A stretch of 64,000 bases of DNA from Candidatus Falkowbacteria bacterium (GCA_013336275.1 JAAXUA010000004.1:47460-111459); one strand, 5' to 3'. Positions 1 through 9,862 are shown, counted from the first letter of the stretch. Notes: generated by a model not told the origin, from the sequence alone. Program-made: numbers and translations.

Positions 1-708
1 TGACCAATTGACGATATAATAGATGGCCAGATTCAAAAGCAGTAACAGCGCGTATTTACCGAAAAGGGGGCCGAAAAACTTAGCCACCAGCCGCTTGCTC
101 TGCCTGACTGACTCGGTAACTGTCTTCTCCTCATAGACAAAGACATAGGAGGAAAATACGTAAAAAAGGATATAGATAAGCCCGGGAATCGCCAACGGCA
201 GAGCATAGGAAATAGTAGAGACGATTTCGGCATCAGAGCCGAACGGTTGCCCGTGCCTGACCAAAAGCCCGACCATGGCGGCGATGAACGGCAGCATCCA
301 CATGAAAATCAGCGCCCTTACATAGACATACAGCTTGGCATAGCCCAAGGCTAACGCTTTGGCGTGCTTGAACAGCTTCTTGATTTCAGGTGCGCCCTTC
401 TCCTTGAGAGCTGATAGCAGCGCCACCTGGCAGATCGAATAGATATAGATTGTCAGAGCCACGACGGCTACCCAGAAAAGCAAGGCCAAAACTGACCGAA
501 GCCCCATTCTGAGACCGACGGCCCTGAAAACGAAATAATTCGCTCCCGCCAGTATCAAGGAATTCATCATCAGAACAGCAGCCACCGGCAAGATGAGACG
601 AGCCTTGCGGCCGTAAATGGACAATGACTCCCTGAGCAACTGCTCGAATTCGCTCAATTTTCCGTCTGGCTTAACGACACGTGTCTTGGGTCGATAGATT
701 GGACTCAT
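1..708 (-). CDS. hypothetical multi-pass membrane protein; C-terminal part lies beyond the left edge
   Basis: My own translation of the minus strand from the ATG at 708-706 (MSPIYRPKTRVVKPDGKLSEFEQLLRESLSIYGRKARLILPVAAVLMM...) stays open for all 236 codons to position 1. It has several long hydrophobic runs. It is missing from the ORF track only because no stop lies in the window. Confidence 0.6.
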   Translation of the reverse strand, partial: MSPIYRPKTRVVKPDGKLSEFEQLLRESLSIYGRKARLILPVAAVLMMNSLILAGANYFVFRAVGLRMGLRSVLALLFWVAVVALTIYIYSICQVALLSALKEKGAPEIKKLFKHAKALALGYAKLYVYVRALIFMWMLPFIAAMVGLLVRHGQPFGSDAEIVSTISYALPLAIPGLIYILFYVFSSYVFVYEEKTVTESVRQSKRLVAKFFGPLFGKYALLLLLNLAIYYIVNWS

Positions 709-717
709 ATGATTATT

Positions 718-1767
718 TTAGTTAAAGCAGCTCGTAATCAGTTTCTTGGTTCCTAGCGGCAGATTGGTCTTGCTCTCTGGATATGCGGCTAGGATATTCT
801 TAATATAACTGATGATCGGTATCGGCACTGCGCTGCCCAGACCGCAAAAGGCTGAATCGTTCAGATTAGCCAGGAGATCGGCGGCCATGGGCCAATTCGG
901 CTTATCCTCCTCAAGGATTTCAGCCAGACGATAGGTGCCTTCACGGCAAGAAGTGCATTGCCCACAAGACTCGGTCTTGAAAAACTTGATCCACTGCTTC
1001 ATAAGCTCTTGGGGCCTGTATTTGGATAAGCTGTAAATGCGGATCGAACCGGCGCCGATGGCCGGCTTATCAAGCTGCTTGCTCGACCAGACCTCGCCGG
1101 AACCGTCGCCGCCCACTTGGACGAAGAATTCATATTTCGGATAATTATTGGTCTGCTTCAGGATTTCGCCGACTGTCATGTCGGCCGGGAAACCGAATAC
1201 TCCTTCATAAAGACAGTCTCCGCCCACGGTATGGAAGCGCAAATTCTTGAATTCGCCGCGATTGGCCAGGCTGACGTTGTAAAATGTCTCGACGTTATTG
1301 ACCAATGTCGGACAGCCATACAGACCGGAAGTCACCGGGAAGGGCGGGCGCAGGCGCGGCTCGGCCCGCTTGCCCTCGATCACGTTAAGCACGGTCGTCT
1401 CTTCCCCGCCGATATAGCCGGCTTCGTGCGGCTTGGCAAAAAGCTCGATCGGCGCCCTGGCGCTCATGATCTCGTCTTCCAACAGTTTTTTGTACTTCTT
1501 GTAATATTCTTGATTGAGATAGAAAATCCCCTTCTCGGCGCCGAGGAACTCGATGGCCAAACGCATGCCGTCGATGATGCGGTCCGGATAATGCCAAATC
1601 AGCCAGCCGTCCTTTTTCGGTCCCGGTTCGCCTTCGGAGCAGTTGCAGACGACGTATTTCTTGGCGCCCTGGGCGTCCTTGACCATCTGCCATTTGTCGG
1701 CCACCGGAAAACCGGCCCCGCCTCGCCCGACCAGTTTCGCTTGCTTGATTTTTTCTAGTATTTCCAT
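718..1767 (-). CDS. NuoF-like NADH dehydrogenase 51-kDa-family protein (stand-alone)
   Basis: 349-aa ORF with a GRGGAGFP motif near the N-terminus and the ESCGQCTSCREG...FCGLG cysteine pattern of the NuoF/HoxF 4Fe-4S site. No other nuo genes are nearby. Confidence 0.8.
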   Translation of the reverse strand: MEILEKIKQAKLVGRGGAGFPVADKWQMVKDAQGAKKYVVCNCSEGEPGPKKDGWLIWHYPDRIIDGMRLAIEFLGAEKGIFYLNQEYYKKYKKLLEDEIMSARAPIELFAKPHEAGYIGGEETTVLNVIEGKRAEPRLRPPFPVTSGLYGCPTLVNNVETFYNVSLANRGEFKNLRFHTVGGDCLYEGVFGFPADMTVGEILKQTNNYPKYEFFVQVGGDGSGEVWSSKQLDKPAIGAGSIRIYSLSKYRPQELMKQWIKFFKTESCGQCTSCREGTYRLAEILEEDKPNWPMAADLLANLNDSAFCGLGSAVPIPIISYIKNILAAYPESKTNLPLGTKKLITSCFN

Positions 1768-1788
1768 CAGAAAATTAATCTGAAGCCG

Positions 1789-2796
1789 CTATATTAGCTT
1801 TTTCTTGCCCACGAATTCGCAAACGTCGGCCAAGCGGCAGGAATAGCCCCATTCGTTGTCATACCAGGCAACGATCTTGAGCAAGTCTCCGCCCAAAACC
1901 TTGGTCAAGGACAGGTCGACGATCGAGCTGGCCGGATTGCCGACGATATCAGAAGAGACAATCGGCTCATCGGTCGCCACCAGCACGCCTTTCAGTTTCG
2001 GCGACTTGGTCGCGGCCTTGATGGCCTTGTTGACGATATCGGCATCGACATTCTTCTTGAGGATATAGACCACGTCGCAGAGCGACCCGGTCGGAGTCGG
2101 CACGCGCATGGCGCCGCCATCGAAGTTACCCTTGAGCGACGGGATGGTCTCGGCCACGGCGATAGCGGCGCCGGTCGAGGTCGGAACGATGTTCAACGCA
2201 GCGGCCCGAGCGCGCCTGAGATCCTTATGCGGCCCGTCAACCAGATTCTGGTCAGCGGTATAGGAATGGACCGTAGTCATGATCGCCTTCTTGATGCCGA
2301 ATTCCTTCTCGATGACTGAAGTCACCGGAGCTAAGCAGTTGGTGGTGCAGGAAGCCATGGAGAAAACGGTATCTGCCTTGGTCAGCTGTTCTTCATTGAC
2401 TCCCAAGACGATCGTCTTGACGTCGCCGCCTTTGGCTGGCGCGGAGATGACTACCTTCTTGGCGCCGGCAGTCAGATGCATGCCAGCTTCGTCCTGCTTG
2501 ACGAAGCGGCCGGTCGACTCGATGACCATATCGACCTTCAAAGCCTTCCATGGCAGCTGGGTCGGATCCTTTACGGCGTAAACCGGATACCGCACGCCAT
2601 CAACCAAAATCGCATCCTTGGTGTGGCCGATTTTCTTATCATAAATACCGTAGCAGGAATCGTACTTCAATAGATGAGCCAAAGTCTCGGTATCTGTCAG
2701 GTCATTGATAGCGACGACTTTAATGCTCTTCTTCTCGAGCAAAGCTTTGAAAGAGGCGCGGCCAATCCGGCCGAATCCATTGATGGCGACATTCAT
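1789..2796 (-). CDS. gap: type I glyceraldehyde-3-phosphate dehydrogenase
   Basis: 335-aa ORF with an NGFGRIGR Rossmann motif and the SCTTNCLAP catalytic-cysteine motif. Confidence 0.95.
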   Translation of the reverse strand: MNVAINGFGRIGRASFKALLEKKSIKVVAINDLTDTETLAHLLKYDSCYGIYDKKIGHTKDAILVDGVRYPVYAVKDPTQLPWKALKVDMVIESTGRFVKQDEAGMHLTAGAKKVVISAPAKGGDVKTIVLGVNEEQLTKADTVFSMASCTTNCLAPVTSVIEKEFGIKKAIMTTVHSYTADQNLVDGPHKDLRRARAAALNIVPTSTGAAIAVAETIPSLKGNFDGGAMRVPTPTGSLCDVVYILKKNVDADIVNKAIKAATKSPKLKGVLVATDEPIVSSDIVGNPASSIVDLSLTKVLGGDLLKIVAWYDNEWGYSCRLADVCEFVGKKKLI

Positions 2797-2856
2797 AATA
2801 TTGTCTAATGATTAATAATCGATTGCATAAATTATAGCATAAAATCCCCAAAAACT

Positions 2857-2889
2857 AAAAACAGCCCGCTGTCTAGCGGGCTGTTTTTT
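2857..2889. terminator. intrinsic terminator hairpin (10-bp stem ACAGCCCGCT/AGCGGGCTGT) with A-run and T-run flanks
   Basis: Read directly from the sequence. It lies 5 nt downstream of the CapA-like stop on the minus strand. Confidence 0.8.
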
Positions 2890-2893
2890 ATCC

Positions 2894-4027
2894 CTATTCA
2901 TTCAAAGTAAAAATCCCTGACTTGATCACTTCCTTGAATTCCTGTTCCGAGGTCGACCAGTCGCTAACTTTGAGCAAGAAAGCGTCTTTTTCCTTCCCGT
3001 TCATCAGTTCTGGCACGCTCCGCTTCTGCTTCAGCGGAAAAATACGGACCGTGGTCGTGCCCGGTTCCATAAACAGGCCGATGGCCAAACTCTCCTGGGT
3101 ATCACGCGAAAAATATTGGTCGAAGATGAAATTTCCTAAAGAGTAAAAAATAGGCTTGCCCTTATACCTCTCGATGCCCTGAGTCACATGAGGATGATGG
3201 CCGATAACCGCATCGGCACCCGCGTCTACCAAGGCATGTCCGAGGGCTTGCTGCTTTTTGGAAAACTGATGGGTGTATTCGGTACCCCAGTGTACGTTCA
3301 CCAAGACAAAATCGTTCTGCTTCTTAGCTTCAGCCACTTTCAGCTTAGCAGCCGCTGAATCAAGATCGCCATAGACCATGCTGAAACCGAGCAAGGCGAT
3401 CTTCGTGCCATTCAGTTCCTTTACCGCACCGCTGCAATCGCCGATCTGCCTATCCGCACACCCCGAATACCCGAACCCAAGCGCTGACAGATTCGTTCTC
3501 GTCTCCGTTACGCCCTTCTGGCCCTGATCGGTCAAGTGGTTATTGGCCAGATTAAAAAAATTAAAACCATATTGCTTGAAGCTGGCGACGGTTGCCGGCT
3601 TGAAAGCGAAGTCATTGGTCAACTGCAGAGCATAGTGGGCCCCTTTGTCGGTAACCGCTCCCTCCAAATTGGCTGACACCAAGTCATAATCCTTGAAAAA
3701 TTTGCCGCTTTCACCGCTCAAGCCGCCCATGAGCGAGGCGATATCATCATTCTTGATCCTCGTCGCAACATGGCGGTCGATCATGATATCGCCGAAAAAT
3801 AGCCCGGAAAAACCCTTGTCCGCTACGGCCGCTGGCTCGATCTCTGAAGTTGAGGCTACCACGGCCGAGGGCTGGGACTCGACCGTCTTAATCTTGTTCT
3901 TGGCAATGGCTGGTACGTGCGTAAGCCGACTCACCTCGTCGCCGCTTGAACGGGGCCACCACAAAAAGGCGGAGGCAGCCAAAAGCGAAACTGCGGTAAT
4001 TGCATATAGCCGATATTTTCTTTCCAT
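2894..4027 (-). CDS. CapA-family metallophosphatase-like protein (poly-gamma-glutamate capsule synthesis family)
   Basis: The ORF track gives 2894-4138. I prefer the ATG at 4027 (MERKYRLYAITAVSLLAASAF, signal/TM-like) because the upstream extension overlaps the end of the PSP1 gene. NVHWGTEY and IGHHPH motifs are present. Confidence 0.8.
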   Translation of the reverse strand: MERKYRLYAITAVSLLAASAFLWWPRSSGDEVSRLTHVPAIAKNKIKTVESQPSAVVASTSEIEPAAVADKGFSGLFFGDIMIDRHVATRIKNDDIASLMGGLSGESGKFFKDYDLVSANLEGAVTDKGAHYALQLTNDFAFKPATVASFKQYGFNFFNLANNHLTDQGQKGVTETRTNLSALGFGYSGCADRQIGDCSGAVKELNGTKIALLGFSMVYGDLDSAAAKLKVAEAKKQNDFVLVNVHWGTEYTHQFSKKQQALGHALVDAGADAVIGHHPHVTQGIERYKGKPIFYSLGNFIFDQYFSRDTQESLAIGLFMEPGTTTVRIFPLKQKRSVPELMNGKEKDAFLLKVSDWSTSEQEFKEVIKSGIFTLNE

Positions 4028-4086
4028 GTCCCAATTATACCACTGTAAACAAAAAAGCCCCAAATCGGGGCTTTTCAGATATGTAA

Positions 4087-4911
4087 TCAATCTTGCTTTC
4101 TTTTGTTGCGGTCCAGATCTATCTCGACGATACTCCAACCGCCTTTGCCGTCCTCGTCATGGAATTTGACGTTGACCGACCGCTTGAGATAGTGATGGCT
4201 GACGACTTCGCCGCGGCGGCCGTCGACGTTGACGACTGTGCCGATCGGCGGGAATTCCTTGGCCGAGGCTTCGTAACCCTTAAGCTCGTAAGCCAGGCAG
4301 CACATCAGGCGGCCGCAGGCCCCGGAAATCCTATCCGAACCGCGATGCTCGCATTGCTGCGCCTCGGCCATCTCCGAAGTGATCGAGATGAAGTCGGTCA
4401 GGAACGTGCGGCAGCACAGCGGCTTACCGCAATGGCCGCAGTCGCCGCAGAGGCGGGCCTCATCGCGGATACCGATCTGCTGCAAGCGGATCGTGCGGTT
4501 GAAGGCGCGGGTCAGATCCTTGACCAAGTCACGGAAATCGACCCGGCCATCGGCAATGAAGGCGATGGTCAGTTTCGAGCCATCGGCTGAGAACATCAAA
4601 TCCACCAGCTTCATATCCAGGTTATGCCTTTCGGCCAGCTGTTTGCTCTCGCGCAGAATGCGCTCACGCTCCTCATTCGACGGCTGGCGCTCCAGCTCAT
4701 CGACCGAGGCCTTGCGCAGGACTGTCAGCGGTTCGGCGCTGTTGCGGCAGCCGGCGCACTTCTCTTCCTGCTCGAAGCCTAGGACTTCCGCAATCTCATT
4801 GCCCTGATCGGTCTTCACGACGACATGCTCGCCGACATTCAAGGAATGGCCGTCCGGATTGACGTAAATCGCTTTGTCCCAAGGCGTGAGTTTTATTTTA
4901 GCAAGACGCAT
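4087..4911 (-). CDS. PSP1 domain protein (RicT/YaaT-like)
   Basis: 274-aa ORF with Cys-rich segments (CGDCGHCGKPLCC, CGRLMCC) typical of the PSP1 C-terminal domain. Confidence 0.8.
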   Translation of the reverse strand: MRLAKIKLTPWDKAIYVNPDGHSLNVGEHVVVKTDQGNEIAEVLGFEQEEKCAGCRNSAEPLTVLRKASVDELERQPSNEERERILRESKQLAERHNLDMKLVDLMFSADGSKLTIAFIADGRVDFRDLVKDLTRAFNRTIRLQQIGIRDEARLCGDCGHCGKPLCCRTFLTDFISITSEMAEAQQCEHRGSDRISGACGRLMCCLAYELKGYEASAKEFPPIGTVVNVDGRRGEVVSHHYLKRSVNVKFHDEDGKGGWSIVEIDLDRNKRKQD

Positions 4912-4920
4912 GGATATGTC

Positions 4921-5733
4921 TTAAAGCGCGAAGCGCACGAATTTCTCGACCTTGGCTCCGGCCAAAAGGTCCTTGATCTTCTTAGTATCGTCCTTGATGA
5001 ATTCCTGTTCGGTCAGGCAGACTTCTTCATAGTATTTATTGATCTTGCCGGTCATGATCTTCTCGATCATCGCCTCCGGCTTGCCCTCCTTCTTCAGCTG
5101 CTCGGCATAGATATCCTTCTCGCGCTGGAGTTCCTCGGCAGCTACCTCACCCGGCACAGAGCACTTCGGATTGGCGGCAGCAACCTGCATGGCCAGATCC
5201 CGAGCCAGCTCCTGCGCATTCGGGCGGTCGAGGGCGACCAAAGCGCCGATCTGCTCGCCAGCGTGGGAATAAGCTGCGACCGTTCCGCCGGAAGTCAGGG
5301 TAGCATATTGTTTCAATTCGATCTTCTCGCCTACGACCGAGCTCAAAGCTTCGATTGCCTGGCCGACAGTGCCGGCGTTGTCCAGATCGATATCCATCAA
5401 AGCCTCTTTAGAATCGACACGTGCCGCTTTGACTACCTCGAGCAGCTTGGCTGCGAAGGCCTGGAACTGCTCGCTGCGCACCACGAAATCGGTCTCAGCG
5501 CAGACAGAAAACATATAACCTTCGTTATTGTCTTCGTTAGTCGCGACTTTGACCAGGCCTTCGCCGGTCTCGCGATCGCTCCTCTTAGCGGCTTTGGCGA
5601 TGCCTTTCTTGCGCAGGACGTCCATCGCCTGTTCGAGATCGCCATTGGCCTCGGTCAAGGCGTTCTTACAGTCGGCCATGCCGGCGCCGGATTTTTCACG
5701 GAGTTCCTTAATGAGTTCGAGTGAAATAGCCAT
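4921..5733 (-). CDS. tsf: translation elongation factor Ts
   Basis: 270-aa ORF with the N-terminal ELIKELREKSGAGMADCKNAL UBA-like motif. It sits immediately downstream of rpsB. Confidence 0.95.
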   Translation of the reverse strand: MAISLELIKELREKSGAGMADCKNALTEANGDLEQAMDVLRKKGIAKAAKRSDRETGEGLVKVATNEDNNEGYMFSVCAETDFVVRSEQFQAFAAKLLEVVKAARVDSKEALMDIDLDNAGTVGQAIEALSSVVGEKIELKQYATLTSGGTVAAYSHAGEQIGALVALDRPNAQELARDLAMQVAAANPKCSVPGEVAAEELQREKDIYAEQLKKEGKPEAMIEKIMTGKINKYYEEVCLTEQEFIKDDTKKIKDLLAGAKVEKFVRFAL

Positions 5734-5790
5734 ATGTATATGAGCTTAAAATTATTAGCGAACAAAAGCAGCCCCCCCCCTCTGGAAGCT

Positions 5791-6510
5791 TTACTGCTTT
5801 TCAGTGGTTGTCGGAGCGACCTTAGCCTTGTCACGGCCGGTCTGGAGGGCCTGTCCGACGAGAGCCAAGATCATCTTGATGGTCTTGGTCGCATCGTCGT
5901 TCGACGGTATGATATGAGTGATGTTTTGCGGATTGACGTTGGTATCGCAGATGGCGATGATCGGAATCTGGCGCTTCAGGGCTTCGGTAACGGCAGTCTC
6001 TTCTTCCTTGATGTCCCAAACGAACATCATGTCAGGAGCCTTGTTCAGGTTGACCAAGCCGCCGACCTTCTTGTCCAGACGGGCGATCTCGCGATCGATC
6101 TGCAAACGTTCTTTCTTGGTATACTTGTCCAGCTTGCCAGCTTCTTTTTCAGCTGTCAGCGTCTTGTACTTCTGGATCGCCTTGCGGATGACGGCGAAGT
6201 TGGTGATGGTGCCGCCCAGCCAGCCTTCATTGACGAAAGGCATGCCAGACTCTAAAGCGACCTGCTTCAGCGAAGCCTTGACCTGGGTCTTGGAACCGAC
6301 CAAGAGGACGGTCTTGCCGTCAGCGGCAGCCTGTTCAAGGACGTTCAAGGCCTCGACCAGCATGCGGCGGCTTTTTGCCAGGTTGATGACGTGCACGCCG
6401 TTGCGTGAACCGAAAATGTATGGCGCCATCTTGGGGTGCCATTTGGAGGTGCGGTGGCCGAAATGCATACCAGCCTTAAGCATTTCCTCCAGTGTTGGGA
6501 GTTCGTACAT
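5791..6510 (-). CDS. rpsB: 30S ribosomal protein S2
   Basis: 239-aa ORF with the MLKAGMHFGHRTSKWHPKM motif, in conserved rpsB-tsf order. Confidence 0.95.
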   Translation of the reverse strand: MYELPTLEEMLKAGMHFGHRTSKWHPKMAPYIFGSRNGVHVINLAKSRRMLVEALNVLEQAAADGKTVLLVGSKTQVKASLKQVALESGMPFVNEGWLGGTITNFAVIRKAIQKYKTLTAEKEAGKLDKYTKKERLQIDREIARLDKKVGGLVNLNKAPDMMFVWDIKEEETAVTEALKRQIPIIAICDTNVNPQNITHIIPSNDDATKTIKMILALVGQALQTGRDKAKVAPTTTEKQ

Positions 6511-6663
6511 GTGTTTTCCTTTTTTGCCTCTGCTTCCTGATCATCCGCCAAATGGCAGACAAGGAAATAATGGAAGCATGAGAGATTTATAAATTAGAAA
6601 GACCTCGTACGTATTACGAGGAACTAGGCTTATACTATAATGTTTATCCCTTCCTGTCAACTA

Positions 6664-6692
6664 TTGACAAATATAATATAATATGCTATATT
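6664..6692 (+). promoter_or_regulatory. sigma70-like promoter TTGACA-N17-TATATT with TGC just upstream of the -10
   Basis: Hexamers at 6664-6669 and 6687-6692, in the AT-rich divergent spacer between rpsB and rpmE. Confidence 0.5.
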
Positions 6693-6787
6693 AGTAAGTA
6701 TCATTAATAGTCGTGCCAAAATTCTACTTAATATTAGGTAAATAATACCCTTAGCCCTTCCCTGTCTCTTTTGTCCATCCAGACGTC

Positions 6788-6816
6788 TTGACAAATAGGC
6801 TAATCTCTCATATTAT
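6788..6816 (+). promoter_or_regulatory. sigma70-like promoter TTGACA-N17-TATTAT upstream of rpmE
   Basis: Hexamers at 6788-6793 and 6811-6816, about 60 nt upstream of the rpmE start. Confidence 0.55.
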
Positions 6817-6878
6817 ATAAAAGCTTTTAACTTCGGTGAAAAGGCTTTTTATTTTTATTTTATATCCTAATTTCGAAT

Positions 6879-7157
6879 ATGAAACAGGCAACCCACCCGG
6901 CATACTACCCGGAAGCGAAAGTCAGCTGCGCTTGCGGCAATACCTTTGTCACTGGTTCGACCGAGGCCGAGATCAAGACCGAACTCTGCTCCGCTTGCCA
7001 TCCGTTCTACACCGGCAAGCAGAAGCTGATCGATACCGCCCGTCGCGTCGAGAAGTTCCAAGCCAAAAAGAGCACTGCCAAGACTGAGATCCGCTCCAAG
7101 AAAGCCAAGCTCGCCACCAAGGCCGAGGCCAAGGCTGGCAAGAAGAACGAAAAATAG
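6879..7157 (+). CDS. rpmE: 50S ribosomal protein L31 (zinc-binding type)
   Basis: 92-aa ORF ([23 protein letters not shown]...[13 protein letters not shown]) with the CxC...CxxC signature. Confidence 0.9.
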   Translation: MKQATHPAYYPEAKVSCACGNTFVTGSTEAEIKTELCSACHPFYTGKQKLIDTARRVEKFQAKKSTAKTEIRSKKAKLATKAEAKAGKKNEK

Positions 7158-7256
7158 CGACTTCACAAACGGTTATCTTGTTTTTGTATGGTATAATGGT
7201 TATACCGTATTGAAACAAGATAACCGTTTTTCTTTAAGTCTAAAGTCTTCCACACT

Positions 7257-8309
7257 ATGTACGCCGAAGTCATCGAAAAATTCAAAGAGCTCGAGCAGAA
7301 GCTATCCGATCCAGCCGTCGTGAACGACCTGGAAAGGTTGAAGCTGGTCTCAAAGGAGCATGCCGACCTGAAAGAAATCGCCGAGATGGCCAACGAACTC
7401 AACCAAGCCCTGGAGCACATCAGGCAGAACGAGGAGATGCTCAATGAGGAAACGGACGAAGAGCTGAAGGAGATGGCGCAAGCCGAACTCGAGCCGCTCA
7501 GATCCAAAACCAAAGAGCTGATCGAACAGATTGAAGCCGAACTGCACCCGGCCGACCCCGACGACAAGAAGAACATCATCATGGAGATCCGCGCCGGCAC
7601 CGGCGGTGACGAATCGGCCTTGTTCGCGGCCGATCTCTTCCGCATGTATTCCCTGTTCGCCGGCAAGATGGGCTGGAAGTTGGAACTTCTCGATTCGAAT
7701 ACCACCGGCATCGGCGGCTATAAGGAAGTTGTCTTCTCTGTCGCCGGCAAGAATGTTTACTCCAACCTGAAATTCGAAAGCGGCACCCACCGCGTCCAGC
7801 GCGTACCCGAGACCGAGAAAGCCGGACGCATTCACACCTCTGCCGCGACAGTCGCCGTACTGCCGGAAGCAACCGAAGTCGAAGTCCAGATCAGCGCCGC
7901 CGACCTACGTATCGATACCTACGCCGCCTCCGGTCCGGGCGGACAGAAGGTCAACACCACTAACTCCGCCATTCGTATCACTCATTTGCCGACCGGCCTG
8001 GTCGTCACCTGCCAGGATCAGAAATCGCAGCAGCAGAACAAGGTCAAGGCCATGGAAGTCTTGCGCACCCGCCTTTACGAAAAGATGCGCCACGACCAGC
8101 AGCAGGCCGAAGCCGCCGAACGCAAATCGCAAATCGGCTCGGGCGACCGCTCGGAAAAGATCCGCACTTACAATTTTCCCCAAGACCGCATCACCGACCA
8201 CCGCATCAACACAACCTGGCACTCCATCACCCGCGTCATGGACGGCAATATGGACGAGATGGTCGCCGCCTTGAAGCAGGCCGAGGTCGCCTTGCGGCAG
8301 AAACAATAA
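7257..8309 (+). CDS. prfA: peptide chain release factor 1
   Basis: 350-aa ORF with the GGQ motif ([11 protein letters not shown]) and the RF1-type PxT tripeptide context RVQRVPETE. Confidence 0.95.
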   Translation: MYAEVIEKFKELEQKLSDPAVVNDLERLKLVSKEHADLKEIAEMANELNQALEHIRQNEEMLNEETDEELKEMAQAELEPLRSKTKELIEQIEAELHPADPDDKKNIIMEIRAGTGGDESALFAADLFRMYSLFAGKMGWKLELLDSNTTGIGGYKEVVFSVAGKNVYSNLKFESGTHRVQRVPETEKAGRIHTSAATVAVLPEATEVEVQISAADLRIDTYAASGPGGQKVNTTNSAIRITHLPTGLVVTCQDQKSQQQNKVKAMEVLRTRLYEKMRHDQQQAEAAERKSQIGSGDRSEKIRTYNFPQDRITDHRINTTWHSITRVMDGNMDEMVAALKQAEVALRQKQ

Positions 8310-8356
8310 CCATCAGACAGAAACGGCGCTTCGCAGTGCCGTTTTTTAGTGGAAAA

Positions 8357-9199
8357 ATGAACACCATCAAGACAACCCTACAACGTTTTCCAAGCATCTC
8401 GCGATTAGAAATCGAGACTATTATCGCCCATGTCCTGAAAAAAACACGCGAATTCATTTTGATTTCACCGGAACACGAGATTACGCGCAGCCAAATCGGC
8501 CGCATCGGAAAGCTGGTCCAGCGGCGCGAAGAAGGCGAGCCGTTGGCATACCTGACTGGCCACAAAGAATTCTACGGCCTGGATTTTTCGGTCGACTCAA
8601 ACGTCCTTGTGCCGCGCCCCGAAACCGAATTGATCATCGACGAGCTCCTAGCTCAAGCCGCCAAAAAATCACCGGCCGCCATCATCGATGTCGGCACCGG
8701 CTCAGGCTGCATCGCTATCACCTTGGCCAAACTGCTCAATGACCGCTCAATCAAGTTCTTCGCCATAGATATCTCTGAACCAGCGTTAAGGATCGCGAAA
8801 CGGAACGCGCACAAACATGGCGTAGGCCGAAGAGTCCGGTTCGTCGCTGGCGACCTGCTCTCGCCTTTGCCGAAATTCAAGATCGAAGCGGGTTCACGAG
8901 TCATCATCACCGCCAATCTGCCTTACTTGTCTCCGTCGCAGATTGACGCCTCGCCCTCAATACGGAAAGAACCGCGCCTCGCCCTCGAATCAGGCGCTGA
9001 CGGGCTCAAGCACTATCGACAGCTTTTCCGCCAGATCCGCCAATCAGGATTTACCGACTTCAACCTGCTTTGCGAAATCGATGAAACCCAGGGCGCAAGC
9101 ATGGCCGCGCTCATCCGCAAAGAGCTGCCGCAAGCGAAGTTCGAAATCAAGCAAGACCTCGGTCATTACGACCGCTTAGCTGTCATCAATTCAAAATAA
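8357..9199 (+). CDS. prmC: release-factor glutamine N5-methyltransferase
   Basis: SAM motif IDVGTGSGCIA and an NPPY-type motif (here NLPY), downstream of prfA. I chose the ATG at 8357 over 8336 because a hairpin at 8321-8347 covers the earlier start. Confidence 0.85.
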   Translation: MNTIKTTLQRFPSISRLEIETIIAHVLKKTREFILISPEHEITRSQIGRIGKLVQRREEGEPLAYLTGHKEFYGLDFSVDSNVLVPRPETELIIDELLAQAAKKSPAAIIDVGTGSGCIAITLAKLLNDRSIKFFAIDISEPALRIAKRNAHKHGVGRRVRFVAGDLLSPLPKFKIEAGSRVIITANLPYLSPSQIDASPSIRKEPRLALESGADGLKHYRQLFRQIRQSGFTDFNLLCEIDETQGASMAALIRKELPQAKFEIKQDLGHYDRLAVINSK

Positions 9200-9226
9200 A
9201 AAAGCCCCGGATAACCCGGGGCTTTT
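9198..9226. terminator. bidirectional terminator (stem AGCCCCGG/CCGGGGCT) between convergent prmC and rplY
   Basis: Read from the sequence. An A-run lies 5' and a T-run lies 3'. Confidence 0.8.
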
Positions 9227-9238
9227 GCTATATATTCG

Positions 9239-9862
9239 CTATTCTGCTTTCTTTTCTGCGGCCGGAGCGGCTTCAGCTTCGACAACTGGGGCTTCTTCCT
9301 GCTTCTCCTGCTCGACCAGACTGACGATAGTCTCGTCGGACTCATGGGTGGCAGTCATGCCCTTTGGCATCTTCAGATCAGCGATGGTGATAGTATCGCC
9401 GAATTCGTTGAGCACTGACAGATCAACCTCGATGCTGTCCACCAAATCGTCAGGCAAGCATTCCACCTCGACGTGGTCATTGGCGCGATTGACGACCGCA
9501 CCGAAATCCCTGACCGCCTTCGATTCGCCGACGAAATGCAGCGGAATCTCGACCGTCAGCTTCTCTTTCATATTAACCTTAAGGAAATCGACGTGCTGCA
9601 CACGGCCTTTGACCTGCTCGCGCGAGACGTCATAAACGATGACCTTGACCTGTGATTTGCCATCGATAGACAAATCGACCAAGTGGGTTTCTCCAGCCTG
9701 GGAGAGCACCTTATCGAAATCCCGGGCGTTGACTTTGATTGCCTGGTTGGCAAATTCGTGGCCGTAAACAACGGCTGGCAGCAAGCCTTCTTTGCGCAAT
9801 TTGTTCGGTTTCTCTGTTTTTACTTCACGGCTCAGCGCCGCCAATTTGATTGCTTCACTCAT
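9239..9862 (-). CDS. rplY: 50S ribosomal protein L25, long Ctc form
   Basis: 207-aa ORF. The N-terminus RKEGLLPAVVYGHEF is L25-like, and the acidic/Ala-rich C-terminal tail is typical of the Ctc form. Confidence 0.85.
   Translation of the reverse strand: MSEAIKLAALSREVKTEKPNKLRKEGLLPAVVYGHEFANQAIKVNARDFDKVLSQAGETHLVDLSIDGKSQVKVIVYDVSREQVKGRVQHVDFLKVNMKEKLTVEIPLHFVGESKAVRDFGAVVNRANDHVEVECLPDDLVDSIEVDLSVLNEFGDTITIADLKMPKGMTATHESDETIVSLVEQEKQEEAPVVEAEAAPAAEKKAE

Noticed and set aside
4825-5724. Long antisense ORFs opposite well-supported genes. Examples are 4825-5724 opposite tsf, 1117-1758 opposite nuoF-like, 25638-26375 and 25832-26461 within the ATPase gene, 31229-31990 opposite the lipoprotein gene, 50579-51472 opposite clp, and 60113-60769 opposite thyX.
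   Set aside because: These are shadow ORFs typical of genes with G/C-rich third positions. Their products are Arg/Gly/Asp/Leu-rich without motifs, while the opposite-strand proteins carry clear family signatures.
7163-7711. A 182-aa Ser-rich minus-strand ORF overlapping prfA.
   Set aside because: It is low-complexity (poly-Ser/Cys) antisense translation of the acidic N-terminal region of RF1.
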